Shown: positions 33,999 through 43,714 of the stretch, piece by piece
How positions within the stretch are numbered: position 1 is the first letter of the stretch
How the letters are laid out: every line of letters starts with the position of its first letter
Assembly: GCA_963711765.1 (NCBI GenBank)
Contig: CAVQFC010000003.1
Coordinates: forward strand, 548,860-612,859
DNA length: 64,000 nucleotides
Origin: an uncultured Acidobacteriota bacterium
GTDB lineage: Bacteria; Acidobacteriota; Vicinamibacteria; Vicinamibacterales; CAVVIG01
Direction of reading: 5' to 3'
The notes under the pieces: model-generated
Seen by the model: the letters and a program-made list of their open reading frames with translations, nothing else
The model's database searches: none
Told to the model about the DNA's origin: nothing
Position numbers and translations under genes: made by a program

Positions 33999-36440
33999 TT
34001 ACTCCCCTCTCAACGCGCTCACCACGTCCACCCGTGACGCCCTCGCCGCCGGCATCAGCGACGCGAGAATCGCCGCGGCGACGAGCACCGCAGCGGCACC
34101 GACAATCGGCGCCACTCCAGGAATCTCGATCTCCGCGACATAGCTGCTGGCGAGGCGCGCGAGCGCCAGGCCGACGACCGCACCCGCGACGATCCCGCTG
34201 ACGCCGATCACCGCGCCTTCCCTCAGAATGCGCGCCAGCAGCGCCGACGGCGTGGACCCGACGGCCAGGCGGATGCCGAATTCACGCGTTCGGGCGCTGA
34301 CGGAGAACGCCAGAACGCCTGCGACGCCGACGACCGCGATGGCGAGCGCGACGCCGGCGAATCCGCTGAACACCAGCGCGTTGATGCGATCGGGCGACAA
34401 CACCTCCGCGCGCACATCCTCCAGGGTCGCCGCGCGCTCTACCGGCTGATCCGACGCGAGACTCCGAATAATCTTCGTGATGCTGGGGACCAGCGCATAC
34501 GGGTCCCCCTTCGCCTGCACGAAGAGCCGGCCGCCGTTGGTCTCCTGCTCGATCGGCTGGTACACCGTCATCGTCGGCCTGGGCACGAGGTTCAGGTCGT
34601 CCACGTCGGCGACGACGCCGACGATGCGCCTCGGAGCGGTGCTCACGCCGATGAACTTCGTCACCGGATCGGTCCACATCACCCGGCGATTGACGGCGTC
34701 CATGTTCTCGAACATCCGCCGCGCCAGACTCTGGCTGACGATGACCACGCGCTCACCGTCACGGCGATCGTTGTCGTTGAAGTCACGGCCGGCGAGGATG
34801 CGCACGCCCAGCGCCGAGAAGAATCCCGGCGACACCGTCCGGAACTGCGCTCGTGGATCCTCTTCCCCGTTGGCTTTCCGATACCCTTCGGCCGTAAACT
34901 GCGCGGCGAAGAATCCCGGATCCCGCCAGGGCACTGCGGTCCCGACCGCAACCTGCTCCACGCCGGGCAACTCGGAGACGCGTCGTATCGCCTCCCGGTA
35001 AAACGCGGCAATCTCCGCGGGCTTCCGCGTGTACGACACGACCGGGACGTTGACGGCCAGCACGTTGCTTCTGAAGCCGGTCTGCTGGTGCTGCAGCGCG
35101 AAGAGCGCGGTGATGAGCATGCCCGCGCCCGTGAGCAGGACGAAGGACGCGGCGATCTGAGTGACCGCGAACACCTGCAGGCGGCGTTTCGTGCCCGTCG
35201 TGATCCGCGCGCTACCGCTCGAGAGGCCCAGCCCGCTTGCCGACTCCGCCGATGGAAGGCGCGGCACGAACGCGAGTAGAACGGCCGCGGCCACCGCGAG
35301 GATGACGCCCACCCAGAGCAGGCTCGCGTCCACCGTCACATCGTTGGCGCGCACGGAAAAGCGGGCCGCGTAGCGCGCGAGCACGGCAACCATCGGCCGG
35401 GCGATGACGATGGCCAGAACGGCGCCCGCCCCGCACAACACCAGGCTTTCGGCCAGGAGTGTTCGTCGCAGCGCTCCGGTGCCGGCGCCAAGCGCAGCGC
35501 GAACCGCCAGCTCCCCTTCCCTGCGAACCGACCGCGCGAGAATCAGATTCGCCACGTTCGAGCAGGCGACGATGAAGACCAGCGCCGAGGCTGCGAGCAG
35601 CACCAGCAGGATGGTTCGGGCCGGCGATGTGATCTGGTCGCGAAGGTTCATCGCATCGATCCGAAAGTCCGCCTGCGTCGAATACGCCTCCGGATGTGCT
35701 TTCACGATGGCGGCGTGCACGGCTCGAAGCTCGGCGCGAGCCGCGTCGAGATCTACGCCGGGTGCGAGCCGGCCGAAGAGCTCCGTCATCCGATGCACCC
35801 GACCCTCCACCATCGTCGCGTCGAGATGGTGCGGACTGGTCACCACGTTGGCGATGATCTCTGTTTCCTGCGGATACGGGACGGAAGGTTCGAGGACGCC
35901 AACAATCGTGGCCGGCCGATCGCTCAGCCTGATGTTCTTGCCGATGACTCCAGGATCGCCCCTGAACGCGGTGGTCCAGAAGCGATGCGTCAGCACCACC
36001 GCTCCCTGGGCCTTCGGTCCGTCATCACCGGCATTGAGCAGCCGTCCCATCTCCGGACGGAGGCCCATCACTTCGAAATAGGAGCCGCCGACGACGCCGG
36101 CGCGCACCGAGCGCGGCTCGCCGAGCCCGAGCATGGTGAACTCGATCGTGGAAAAATCGCCGAACGCGCTGAGGGTCTTCACCCGCGCCTGCAGATCCCG
36201 CAGCTCGGGGACCGAGAAGTTGGCGTTCTCCACGCCTATCCCCTTGGCGCTCTGCCGGATATAGATGAGCCGGTCCTGGTCGCGGTTGACGAGCGGCCTT
36301 AGCAGGACTCCCCGCACGACACTGAAGATGGCGGCGTTTGCGCCGATGCCGAGCGCCAGGGTGACAACGACGGTAAACGTCAGGCCCTTGGCTCTGGCGA
36401 GTGACCGCAGGGCGAATCGCAAATCGACAAAGAGGTTCAT
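33999..36440 (-). CDS. ADOP family duplicated ABC permease (MacB/FtsX-like)
   Basis: DLRFALRSL, TLALGIGANAAIFSVV, LIACSNVANL-like, RxxELAVRAALGAG, RTREFGIRLAVG, PAARASRVD...LRGE. Confidence 0.92.
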   Translation of the reverse strand: MNLFVDLRFALRSLARAKGLTFTVVVTLALGIGANAAIFSVVRGVLLRPLVNRDQDRLIYIRQSAKGIGVENANFSVPELRDLQARVKTLSAFGDFSTIEFTMLGLGEPRSVRAGVVGGSYFEVMGLRPEMGRLLNAGDDGPKAQGAVVLTHRFWTTAFRGDPGVIGKNIRLSDRPATIVGVLEPSVPYPQETEIIANVVTSPHHLDATMVEGRVHRMTELFGRLAPGVDLDAARAELRAVHAAIVKAHPEAYSTQADFRIDAMNLRDQITSPARTILLVLLAASALVFIVACSNVANLILARSVRREGELAVRAALGAGTGALRRTLLAESLVLCGAGAVLAIVIARPMVAVLARYAARFSVRANDVTVDASLLWVGVILAVAAAVLLAFVPRLPSAESASGLGLSSGSARITTGTKRRLQVFAVTQIAASFVLLTGAGMLITALFALQHQQTGFRSNVLAVNVPVVSYTRKPAEIAAFYREAIRRVSELPGVEQVAVGTAVPWRDPGFFAAQFTAEGYRKANGEEDPRAQFRTVSPGFFSALGVRILAGRDFNDNDRRDGERVVIVSQSLARRMFENMDAVNRRVMWTDPVTKFIGVSTAPRRIVGVVADVDDLNLVPRPTMTVYQPIEQETNGGRLFVQAKGDPYALVPSITKIIRSLASDQPVERAATLEDVRAEVLSPDRINALVFSGFAGVALAIAVVGVAGVLAFSVSARTREFGIRLAVGSTPSALLARILREGAVIGVSGIVAGAVVGLALARLASSYVAEIEIPGVAPIVGAAAVLVAAAILASLMPAARASRVDVVSALRGE

Positions 36441-36563
36441 ACCGTGAAGCCCTCCGGGCAAGGTGCCCCTATTTTTATAGTCGAACGAGCAGGCGCCAGA
36501 TCGACAAAATCCCAATGGCTGCCTGACACGTTTCGACGGTCCGGATCACCACCTCTTAGCCGT

Positions 36564-39035
36564 ATGTCGTCATCCTTTCGTGCTGCATCGATCGGAACGC
36601 TCCTGACGCTGATCTGCGCCGGCTGCACACCACAAGCGCCCCAGCAGGGGCCTGCCGATCTTGCGGTCGAAGCGCTGTCGATCTATACGCCGATGCCGGG
36701 CGCCAACGGCGACCGGCCAATCACAACCGGCTTCCGGATCGTCAACCATGGATCGTTCCCGGCACCGGCATCGACCGCGTTCGTCAAGGTCGGCGAGCGC
36801 GGCACGATCGTCGGCACACCCGCGCTCACCAAGGCGTCGACGCTCGGGTCCACGGCGTACCTGTCGGTTACGATCACCACCGCGGAAACCAGCTTCGCGG
36901 TCACGGCGCAGGCGGACGTTTTCAATCAAGTCCAGGAGACGACCAAGGACAACAACACGGCAACCTACGATTTCGGATCGGGCGGCGCCCCGGTCAACCA
37001 CTGGCGCGCCCTCGGGCCGTCGAAGATCATGATCGACTCGAGCCAGATTCGCGGGGTCGGACGCATCACCGCGATTGCCGCCGATCCGTTCTCGCCAGAC
37101 ACCGTGTACGCTGGCGCGCGCGGCACGGGTCTGTGGAGTTCGTTCGACGGCGGCGGGCACTGGCAGCCGCTGACCGACGCGCTGCCGACCACCAACATCC
37201 AGGCGATCGCCGTGGATCCGTCGAATCCCGCCCGGATCCTCATCGTCACGCCATCGGGAGTGTTCGGGTCGCTGGACGCGGGCCAATCCTGGCGCCAGCG
37301 GTTCACCCAGGATCTGAAGTCGGCCGCCATCGACGGCGGCGCGTTCTTCATCCATCCCCAGGATCCGCAGCGCGTCTACCTCACGACGCTGCAGGGCCTT
37401 CGCATCTCGCAGAACGGCGGCACCACCTGGGATCCGGCGGTGCTTGCAGCCGACGGCATCGTGCAGAGCCTCGCGCCGAGCCGCGGTGATCCGAACAGCC
37501 TGCTGGCGACGGTCGTCAACTCTCCAAGCGCCGGTGTATGGGAAGCAGACGACGGCGGCCTGACTGCGGGATCGTGGCGCAAGCTGCAGGGCTGCCCTGA
37601 TGGTCCCATTCCCGCGATCCCCGCGACCGGCGTGTCGGCGTGGGTGACGCGATCAGGCGTCACCGAATGGCTCGCGATCAAGAGCGGCAACGCGCACGAG
37701 CTGTGGCGCACGTCGAGCCGCGCGTGTGTGATTAACGGCCGCTTCGAGCGCGTCTGGGAGCGCCAGTCGGCCGGAGAACAGGTGCCGTGCATCACCAGTG
37801 ATGCGGACAACCGGTCGAACTGGAGCTTCCTGTTCGCGGATCCGACCGACGACAAGATCATCTACAAGGCCGGCATCCACCTGTGCCGATCGACCGATGG
37901 TGGCGCGCACTTCCAGGCCGTCGGGACGGCCAACGTGCACGTCGATTTTCACGCCCTGGTCTTTCACTCGACGTCAACCGGCGTGCTGTATCTCGGCAAC
38001 GACGGCGGCTTCTACCGATCCGACGACCACGGCCAGAACTGGACGTTCAAGTCCGAAGGGCTGGCCGTCAGCGAGTTCCTCGATATCGGCGTGTTTGGCG
38101 CATCGCCGCGCAGGGTCAGCGGCGCGGCCCAGGACAACATACTGTCCACGACCGACGAGTCGTCGCCGATCTGGCACGAAATCAATCTCGGGTCCGACCT
38201 CGACGGTGATCGAACGATGTCGGTCGTCGATCCGCTGAACGCCGACGTGCAATACAGCGCGGGCCAGGCGCTCGATCACTTCTCGCGGATTGCCGGCGGC
38301 CACCGCGACGAAGGGTTCGACAAGACGAACATGCCGGCGAATTGCCTGACCTACGACGAAACGCCGACGCTCAATGCCGAGATCATCGCCACCATCGCAC
38401 CGCAGTTCCATCTGCTGACGACCGCGGGCGTCGGCGACAGCTGCACCGGGCGCGGGCTATGGACCGGTCCGCCGTGGCGGAAGCTGTTCGAGCCACCGGT
38501 CGGCGACAGACTCATGCGCGTGCTGCACGACCCGGGGACCGGATTGTTCGTCGCCGGGAGCAGCATCGGATCGATCTACCTGAACTTCAGCCCCGACGCG
38601 ATGGCGAAGGTCTTCACCTCGCCGCAGGGCGGCACGGTCACCTCGATCGTCCGCGACCCGCCGAAGACCTCGGCCTTCTTCGTTGCGCTGCGGACGCAAG
38701 CGAACACACTCGGCCGCATTTTCGAGATCACGCCCGAGGCGCCGCTGCGATTCAAGGGCGTCGACATCACGGCGAACCTGCCGACCGGGGTGATCGTGAT
38801 GACGCTGGCGTTCAACCCGTTCGAGCCCGACGCGCTCTACGCGGGCACCCGCGGCGCCGGCATCTTCCGCGGCGTCCACGATGCCGCCGGCGCCTGGGCG
38901 TGGCAGGCGTTCAACAACGGCCTGCCGCAGGGCGCGATTGTCACGAAGCTGAAGGTCGACACCGCGCACGGCGGAATCTACGCCTCGACCTGGGGCCGCG
39001 GCGCGTTCGCGATGAACACGGTGTCGATTTTCTGA
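36564..39035 (+). CDS. Probable lipoprotein with CARDB-like domain and BNR/Asp-box (VPS10-like) beta-propeller
   Basis: LLTLICAGC lipobox-like; ADL.V...AD..N.V.E...DNN; repeated SxDGGxxW; HVDFH; GNDGG; ASTWGRG. Confidence 0.85.
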   Translation: MSSSFRAASIGTLLTLICAGCTPQAPQQGPADLAVEALSIYTPMPGANGDRPITTGFRIVNHGSFPAPASTAFVKVGERGTIVGTPALTKASTLGSTAYLSVTITTAETSFAVTAQADVFNQVQETTKDNNTATYDFGSGGAPVNHWRALGPSKIMIDSSQIRGVGRITAIAADPFSPDTVYAGARGTGLWSSFDGGGHWQPLTDALPTTNIQAIAVDPSNPARILIVTPSGVFGSLDAGQSWRQRFTQDLKSAAIDGGAFFIHPQDPQRVYLTTLQGLRISQNGGTTWDPAVLAADGIVQSLAPSRGDPNSLLATVVNSPSAGVWEADDGGLTAGSWRKLQGCPDGPIPAIPATGVSAWVTRSGVTEWLAIKSGNAHELWRTSSRACVINGRFERVWERQSAGEQVPCITSDADNRSNWSFLFADPTDDKIIYKAGIHLCRSTDGGAHFQAVGTANVHVDFHALVFHSTSTGVLYLGNDGGFYRSDDHGQNWTFKSEGLAVSEFLDIGVFGASPRRVSGAAQDNILSTTDESSPIWHEINLGSDLDGDRTMSVVDPLNADVQYSAGQALDHFSRIAGGHRDEGFDKTNMPANCLTYDETPTLNAEIIATIAPQFHLLTTAGVGDSCTGRGLWTGPPWRKLFEPPVGDRLMRVLHDPGTGLFVAGSSIGSIYLNFSPDAMAKVFTSPQGGTVTSIVRDPPKTSAFFVALRTQANTLGRIFEITPEAPLRFKGVDITANLPTGVIVMTLAFNPFEPDALYAGTRGAGIFRGVHDAAGAWAWQAFNNGLPQGAIVTKLKVDTAHGGIYASTWGRGAFAMNTVSIF

Positions 39036-39143
39036 GGCGCGAAGCGGTCGCTGAAACGTCTACGCCGCGTTCTTCACCATCTCCAAGACACGGCCGTAGC
39101 AGGCGCATATGGCGCAGGCCTCACGACCCAGAAGGAGAAGGAC

Positions 39144-39536
39144 ATGGCGACAACGAACGCTCGTGGATCAGAAAAGTTGATGGCGGCGTGGAAAACCCGG
39201 GCCCTGACGGAGGAGTCGGTCCGGGAGATTGCAACGCAGTTCGAGAAATCGCCCGCCAAGGTGGAGACCGCCGACGTCGTCGGAGGCGCCACGCCCACCG
39301 GCGTGCGGGTTTCGGCCAGCTACGACGGCGACGATGGGCCGTGGTGCGGAAACGACATCCTGTTCTGGCTCAAATGGCACCAGGTGCACGGCGGCAACCC
39401 GAAGCCACCGCGAATCATCATCAACGGCACGCCGTATCCCGAGTTCGTCAAGCTGCAGTTGGACTTCGGCCACGTCCCCGAGCAGGACATCAAGGATGCC
39501 GGTGGCGCGATCGCCGGCGGCGGTTTCGGTGGCTAG
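39144..39536 (+). CDS. 130-aa hypothetical protein, candidate radical SAM substrate or partner
   Basis: Strong Shine-Dalgarno (GAAGGAGAAGGAC-ATG); single Cys in YDGDDGPWCGND; overlaps the radical SAM start. Confidence 0.82.
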   Translation: MATTNARGSEKLMAAWKTRALTEESVREIATQFEKSPAKVETADVVGGATPTGVRVSASYDGDDGPWCGNDILFWLKWHQVHGGNPKPPRIIINGTPYPEFVKLQLDFGHVPEQDIKDAGGAIAGGGFGG

Positions 39537-40584
39537 CAGCAGCCCTACCGGCGTCGCGCCGGTGCTGCAGGTGCATCCCCTGCGCCGATGCAACCTGGAG
39601 TGCGCGCACTGCTACACCGGGTCGGGACCGACGGCGCGAGAGGAGCTCCCGATGGAGCTCCTCTCGGCGTGCCTCGAAGATGCCGTCCGCCTCGGATATC
39701 GGCAACTCGCGGTCTCCGGTGGCGAGCCGCTGCTGTACAGGCCACTGTCGCGTCTGCTCGCTCACGCCAGGTCGCTCGGCATGATCTCGACACTGACCAC
39801 CAACGGGATGCTGGCGACGCCGGCGAGGTGGGCTGGGCTTGCCCCGTTTGTGGACCTGGTCGCGATCTCGATCGACGGCACTCCCCACGAGCACGACACG
39901 ATTCGCCGGCGCGAGGGCGCATTCGCGAGAACTCTCGCCAATCTCGAGACGATTCGATCATCCGGTGTGCCCTTCGGGTTCATCTTCACGCTCACCCAGC
40001 ACAACGTGGACAGCCTCGAGTTCGTCGTGCGCCTGGCGGCGGATTTTGGCGCGCGGGGTGTGCAAGTGCACCCGTTGACGCTGCAAGGACGAGCGGCAAC
40101 AGACATGTACCACGCGCGTCCCGACGATCTGGAGTTGGCCGCGGCGCTCGCGGAAGCGGACGAACTGGGTAGAGTGCACGGTATTCCCGTGCACGTTGAC
40201 ACGGTCACTCACGCGCAGCTGCTCGCGCACCGCAACCACTTCGTTCCGGCGCGTCCAGTTGAACGGCTCGCCGACGTGGCGTCGACGCTGATCGTGAACG
40301 CCGACGGCACGGTCGTGCCGCTGACGCAGGATGTCGCGCCTCGCCTCGGACTCGGTGGCCTGACGAACGCTTCATTGACGTCTCTCGCGGACGGCTGGAT
40401 CGCCCGTGGATCCGGCGACCTGCTGGCGCAGGCATGCGACGAAGCCTGGCAGGCGCTGACCACCAGCAGCGGACCGCGCGTCCTCTACTGGTACGACGCG
40501 GTGGCGGCTCGCACGCAGGGGGTGTTTGGACGCGATCGCGAGCTGACGCGGTTCCCCGTTCTGAGACACCCGCAAGTCGCATAG
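39529..40584 (+). CDS. Radical SAM enzyme with degenerate SPASM/Twitch-like C-terminus
   Basis: RCNLECAHCY (CxxxCxxC), SGGEPLL, TTNG, ISIDG...HD.IR...GAF; GTG at 39529. Confidence 0.9.
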   Translation: MASSSPTGVAPVLQVHPLRRCNLECAHCYTGSGPTAREELPMELLSACLEDAVRLGYRQLAVSGGEPLLYRPLSRLLAHARSLGMISTLTTNGMLATPARWAGLAPFVDLVAISIDGTPHEHDTIRRREGAFARTLANLETIRSSGVPFGFIFTLTQHNVDSLEFVVRLAADFGARGVQVHPLTLQGRAATDMYHARPDDLELAAALAEADELGRVHGIPVHVDTVTHAQLLAHRNHFVPARPVERLADVASTLIVNADGTVVPLTQDVAPRLGLGGLTNASLTSLADGWIARGSGDLLAQACDEAWQALTTSSGPRVLYWYDAVAARTQGVFGRDRELTRFPVLRHPQVA

Positions 40585-40936
40585 CGTCGCCGAGCGCATG
40601 TGCCGGGAGCGGCCGCTGCGGCTGTGATACCGAGCGGCTTGCCTACGCCGCGTGACCGCTGCCGTAATCCTGATGCTGCCAGCACAGATCGACGACGGCC
40701 TCTCGCCACGTCGAAAACCTGAAGCGAAAACCGCTTTGCAACAGTCGGCCGGGGATGACGCGACGGCTTTTCAGGAGGAGCCCGGTCTCGGTCCGCATGA
40801 AGACGGCGCCGATCTCGAGCATCCATCCTGTTGCGGGCAGACCGGCGGCTCAAGACGACGTCGCGGCCGTCAGCGTGAAAAGCGCGCGCGAACCGGTACC
40901 GACCTGTCCTGACCCCACCGGAATCACGGTAGTGGG

Positions 40937-41425
40937 TCAGTTTGAATCGTCACCTATCGAGCGCCTCCGCGCCAGCCGCGCGTATACCAAGCCGGAAGCG
41001 GCTCCCGCGACCCCGAAGAGGGCCATTGGCACCAGATGAAGCACTTGCCGCAGAATTTCGCCGTGGGCTGACCGTGGATTGTCGACCCAACCCAGGACGA
41101 CGAGTGCAATCCAAGCTGCAGACACGCCCCAAACGATGGCTACCACATAACTAGGTCGTCGTATCGGCGGCCAGACGATAAGGACCGGCACGACAAACAA
41201 TGCTGCGGCACCGTAGCAGAACGGAGCAATCCAGAGAGCCAACCACGGCGCCAGGAATGCCATGCCTGGCCCCTCGGCAGGCGAGAGCACGGCTGGTCCA
41301 GGCGGGAGACGGTAAACGGCGGCTTCGACCAACATGGCGACCGTGAGCACCGTGAGTCCTGCGAGCGGTGCAACTGCGAGAGACGAAAGCGCGCGTCTAA
41401 GGGGAAGACTCCTTCGGTCGCTCAT
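40937..41425 (-). CDS. Hypothetical membrane protein
   Basis: About four hydrophobic segments. Confidence 0.55.
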   Translation of the reverse strand: MSDRRSLPLRRALSSLAVAPLAGLTVLTVAMLVEAAVYRLPPGPAVLSPAEGPGMAFLAPWLALWIAPFCYGAAALFVVPVLIVWPPIRRPSYVVAIVWGVSAAWIALVVLGWVDNPRSAHGEILRQVLHLVPMALFGVAGAASGLVYARLARRRSIGDDSN

Positions 41426-41496
41426 ATGGCTTTGCCACTCAGCCGATTTCAAATTGACCCAACGACCGAATCACGATTTTCATTCTGTGCCTTCAC

Positions 41497-41946
41497 TCAG
41501 TCCACGAAGCGGCGTCGAAACGCCGCGTCGGGCAACTGACATTGGTCGTAGCGCCCAAACACGCGAGACCGATATCGAGCCACCACGTCGTACATCCGAT
41601 CTCGCACCGCCTTTGGAACGACCCGCGCCGCCTGCAGGGCCCGCCACGGCCACCCAAGCTGTCCGGTGACAAAGAGTGCTGCATCGCTCTTGGTGAGCGC
41701 CCGCGCTCGGGGCGAGCGAAAATCTGCGATGACATAGAGCGAGTTCAAATCGGCGGGGTTCCCGCCATTTCGCTGTACGGTCGCACGACCGACCACGCTC
41801 TGAAGCGAACCAAAACTGAACACCGCTCTTCGATCGCGGGCGAGGACGAATTGAACGAGCCGGCTGCAGAGCCCGCAGACGCCGTCGTACAGCACGAGGT
41901 GCGTGCCGGGAGCCGCTGAGGGGGATTGCGCTGGTCGACCGGTCAT
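41497..41946 (-). CDS. DCC1/YuxK-like thiol-disulfide oxidoreductase family protein
   Basis: LYDGVCGLC, F.SLQS, KSDA, RD..YD.VAR.R.R.FGR.D.C. Confidence 0.88.
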   Translation of the reverse strand: MTGRPAQSPSAAPGTHLVLYDGVCGLCSRLVQFVLARDRRAVFSFGSLQSVVGRATVQRNGGNPADLNSLYVIADFRSPRARALTKSDAALFVTGQLGWPWRALQAARVVPKAVRDRMYDVVARYRSRVFGRYDQCQLPDAAFRRRFVD

Positions 41947-41958
41947 GTTCTAATATTA

Positions 41959-42684
41959 ATGAACATGTTCACCTTAAATGTCAAGCTACGAAAACGGGGC
42001 CGGCCGGCCGGCGAGACCGCTCAGGGCGCGGCCGCCCGGGAGCGGTTGTACGGCGTGGCGATCGGGATGATCGCGAAGCGGGGTTACGAGGCGACCACGC
42101 TGCGGGATATCGCCAGGGAAGCGGACGTCAGCGTCGGCCTGCTCTATCGCTACTTCCCCGGCAAACAGGCGATCGTCCTCGCGCTCTACGACGAACTGTC
42201 GGCGGACTATGCACGCCAGGCCGAGGAGATGCCGTCCGGCCGGTGGCGCGATCGCTTTCTGTTCGCGCTGAACAAGAGCCTCGACGTGCTCCGGCCTCAC
42301 CAGGTCGCGCTTCGAGCGCTGACACCGGTCATGGTCGGCGATCCGGAGGAAGGAATCGTTTCAACCCGCACCGCGTTCTCACGCCTCCGCGTGCAACGAG
42401 TATTCGAGGAAGCGGTCGTGCGGTCCAGCGACGCGCCGAAGCAGCCGCTGGCCGAGGCGCTGGGCCGCCTGCTCTACCTGGTGCATCTCGCCGTGCTGCT
42501 CTGGTGGCTGCTCGACAAGAGCACGAATCAGCGCGCGACCAGGGCGCTCGTCACGCTGACGGAGCAGCTTCTGCCTTCTGCGACTCTCGCGCTTCGTGTG
42601 CCGCCGGTTCGACGATTCGTGATCGCCGTCGATGGACTGATACGAGAAGCGCTCTTCGGCACTTCCTCGTCACGCGCCGGTTGA
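41959..42684 (+). CDS. TetR family transcriptional regulator
   Basis: GYEATTLRDIAREADVSVGLLYRYFPGK; start at ATG 41959 or 41965. Confidence 0.9.
   Translation: MNMFTLNVKLRKRGRPAGETAQGAAARERLYGVAIGMIAKRGYEATTLRDIAREADVSVGLLYRYFPGKQAIVLALYDELSADYARQAEEMPSGRWRDRFLFALNKSLDVLRPHQVALRALTPVMVGDPEEGIVSTRTAFSRLRVQRVFEEAVVRSSDAPKQPLAEALGRLLYLVHLAVLLWWLLDKSTNQRATRALVTLTEQLLPSATLALRVPPVRRFVIAVDGLIREALFGTSSSRAG
41960..41971. promoter_or_regulatory. Candidate TetR operator
   Basis: Perfect palindrome TGAACATGTTCA between the divergent starts; extra half-site CATGTTC at 41944-41950. Confidence 0.55.
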
Positions 42685-42789
42685 AGCCGGCACCGTCGTC
42701 GGGGTACGCGATCTCCAAACCACAGGCTGCGCTGGCGCGGATTGGCCAACCCAATCGTGCGGGCGCTTCAAGCGCGCTTCCGGGGCGAC

Positions 42790-43605
42790 TCAGCGAGGAC
42801 GATGAAGCGGGCGACGAGAGTCGACTCGATGTAAACCGGTCCCTTCAAGAATGAGTTGAGCCACGCCACGTGGATCGACCCACATCGGCACGTGACCCCA
42901 GCCCGGTTTGATCACCCACCTCGTCTGCGGCGGCAGTCCATCGCGCCGCCGTGCACGCTTCGTGAGAATCAAGTCTCTGGTTCCGAACGCGACCGTCACC
43001 GGCACGCTGATGTCCTTGCCGCAAAATGGTGCGTCCGTGCTCTCGAACGTCTCTTCGAAAGCGGACGCGGCCGCGAGCTCGTCGACCGAGCGAACGGCGT
43101 CGTCCACCGGCATGCGGTGACTTCCCAGCGAAACGGGTACGGAGAGGACCATTTCGCGGGACAGCGGGTTGCGCATCGTCGCCTTGAGAAGGTTGGGGAA
43201 CTTCGTGGCCGCGAAGCGCAAGGCGCCGAAGATGTATTTCAGCTGCGACGGCGGATGCGACTTCCACAATCCCGGCGGCGAAATCGCGACGACGCTGCGC
43301 GCCAGGCCGCGCCTGGCTGCCTCGAGAGCCATGGTCGCACCGAGCGAATTGCCGGCGATGTCGACGGGGACGGCAATTCCCAGGTCACCAATGGATTGCT
43401 CGAGCGCATCCACGAGATGGGACAGCGTCGGCGTGATCCCCTGGGGAAGCGCGGGCGTGGATCCGAAGCCGGCAATGTCGAACGCGATCACCGCGCGGGT
43501 CGAAGAGAGGTACGGCGTCACCGGGTTCCAGACGACGCGCGACATCCCGAGCCCGTGCAGGAGGATCAGTGGCTCGCCCGTCCCCGTTGTGTTGTGATGC
43601 CACAT
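42790..43605 (-). CDS. Alpha/beta fold hydrolase
   Basis: LLHGLG, D..GFG, GNSLG, GHVPM. Confidence 0.88.
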   Translation of the reverse strand: MWHHNTTGTGEPLILLHGLGMSRVVWNPVTPYLSSTRAVIAFDIAGFGSTPALPQGITPTLSHLVDALEQSIGDLGIAVPVDIAGNSLGATMALEAARRGLARSVVAISPPGLWKSHPPSQLKYIFGALRFAATKFPNLLKATMRNPLSREMVLSVPVSLGSHRMPVDDAVRSVDELAAASAFEETFESTDAPFCGKDISVPVTVAFGTRDLILTKRARRRDGLPPQTRWVIKPGWGHVPMWVDPRGVAQLILEGTGLHRVDSRRPLHRPR

Positions 43606-43714
43606 GCCTGGTCCTCGTAGTGTCAGAACGTTCGAAAGGGAAGACGATCCAGCGCGACGCGATGTGACAGGTCTGAGGAATTCCGCGACCGGCAGCGCTG
43701 TATACTCGCGCGCG

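Noticed and set aside
39229-39528. Longer 451-aa version of the radical SAM ORF
   Set aside because: The extension lies inside the 130-aa gene and is low complexity; GTG 39529 puts the CxxxCxxC motif near the N-terminus as expected.
39500-39536. C-terminal GG of the small protein as a ubiquitin-like or sulfur-carrier signal
   Set aside because: There is no ThiF/E1 or JAB gene nearby and no beta-grasp pattern; the tail overlaps the rSAM start and may simply be low complexity.
40585-40936. Additional small gene after the radical SAM
   Set aside because: The candidate ORFs lack a Shine-Dalgarno and recognisable motifs, so none can be supported.
14137-43700. Integrative island at tRNA-Ala
   Set aside because: No integrase or transposase and no duplicated tRNA 3' end seen by eye, although the content looks accessory.
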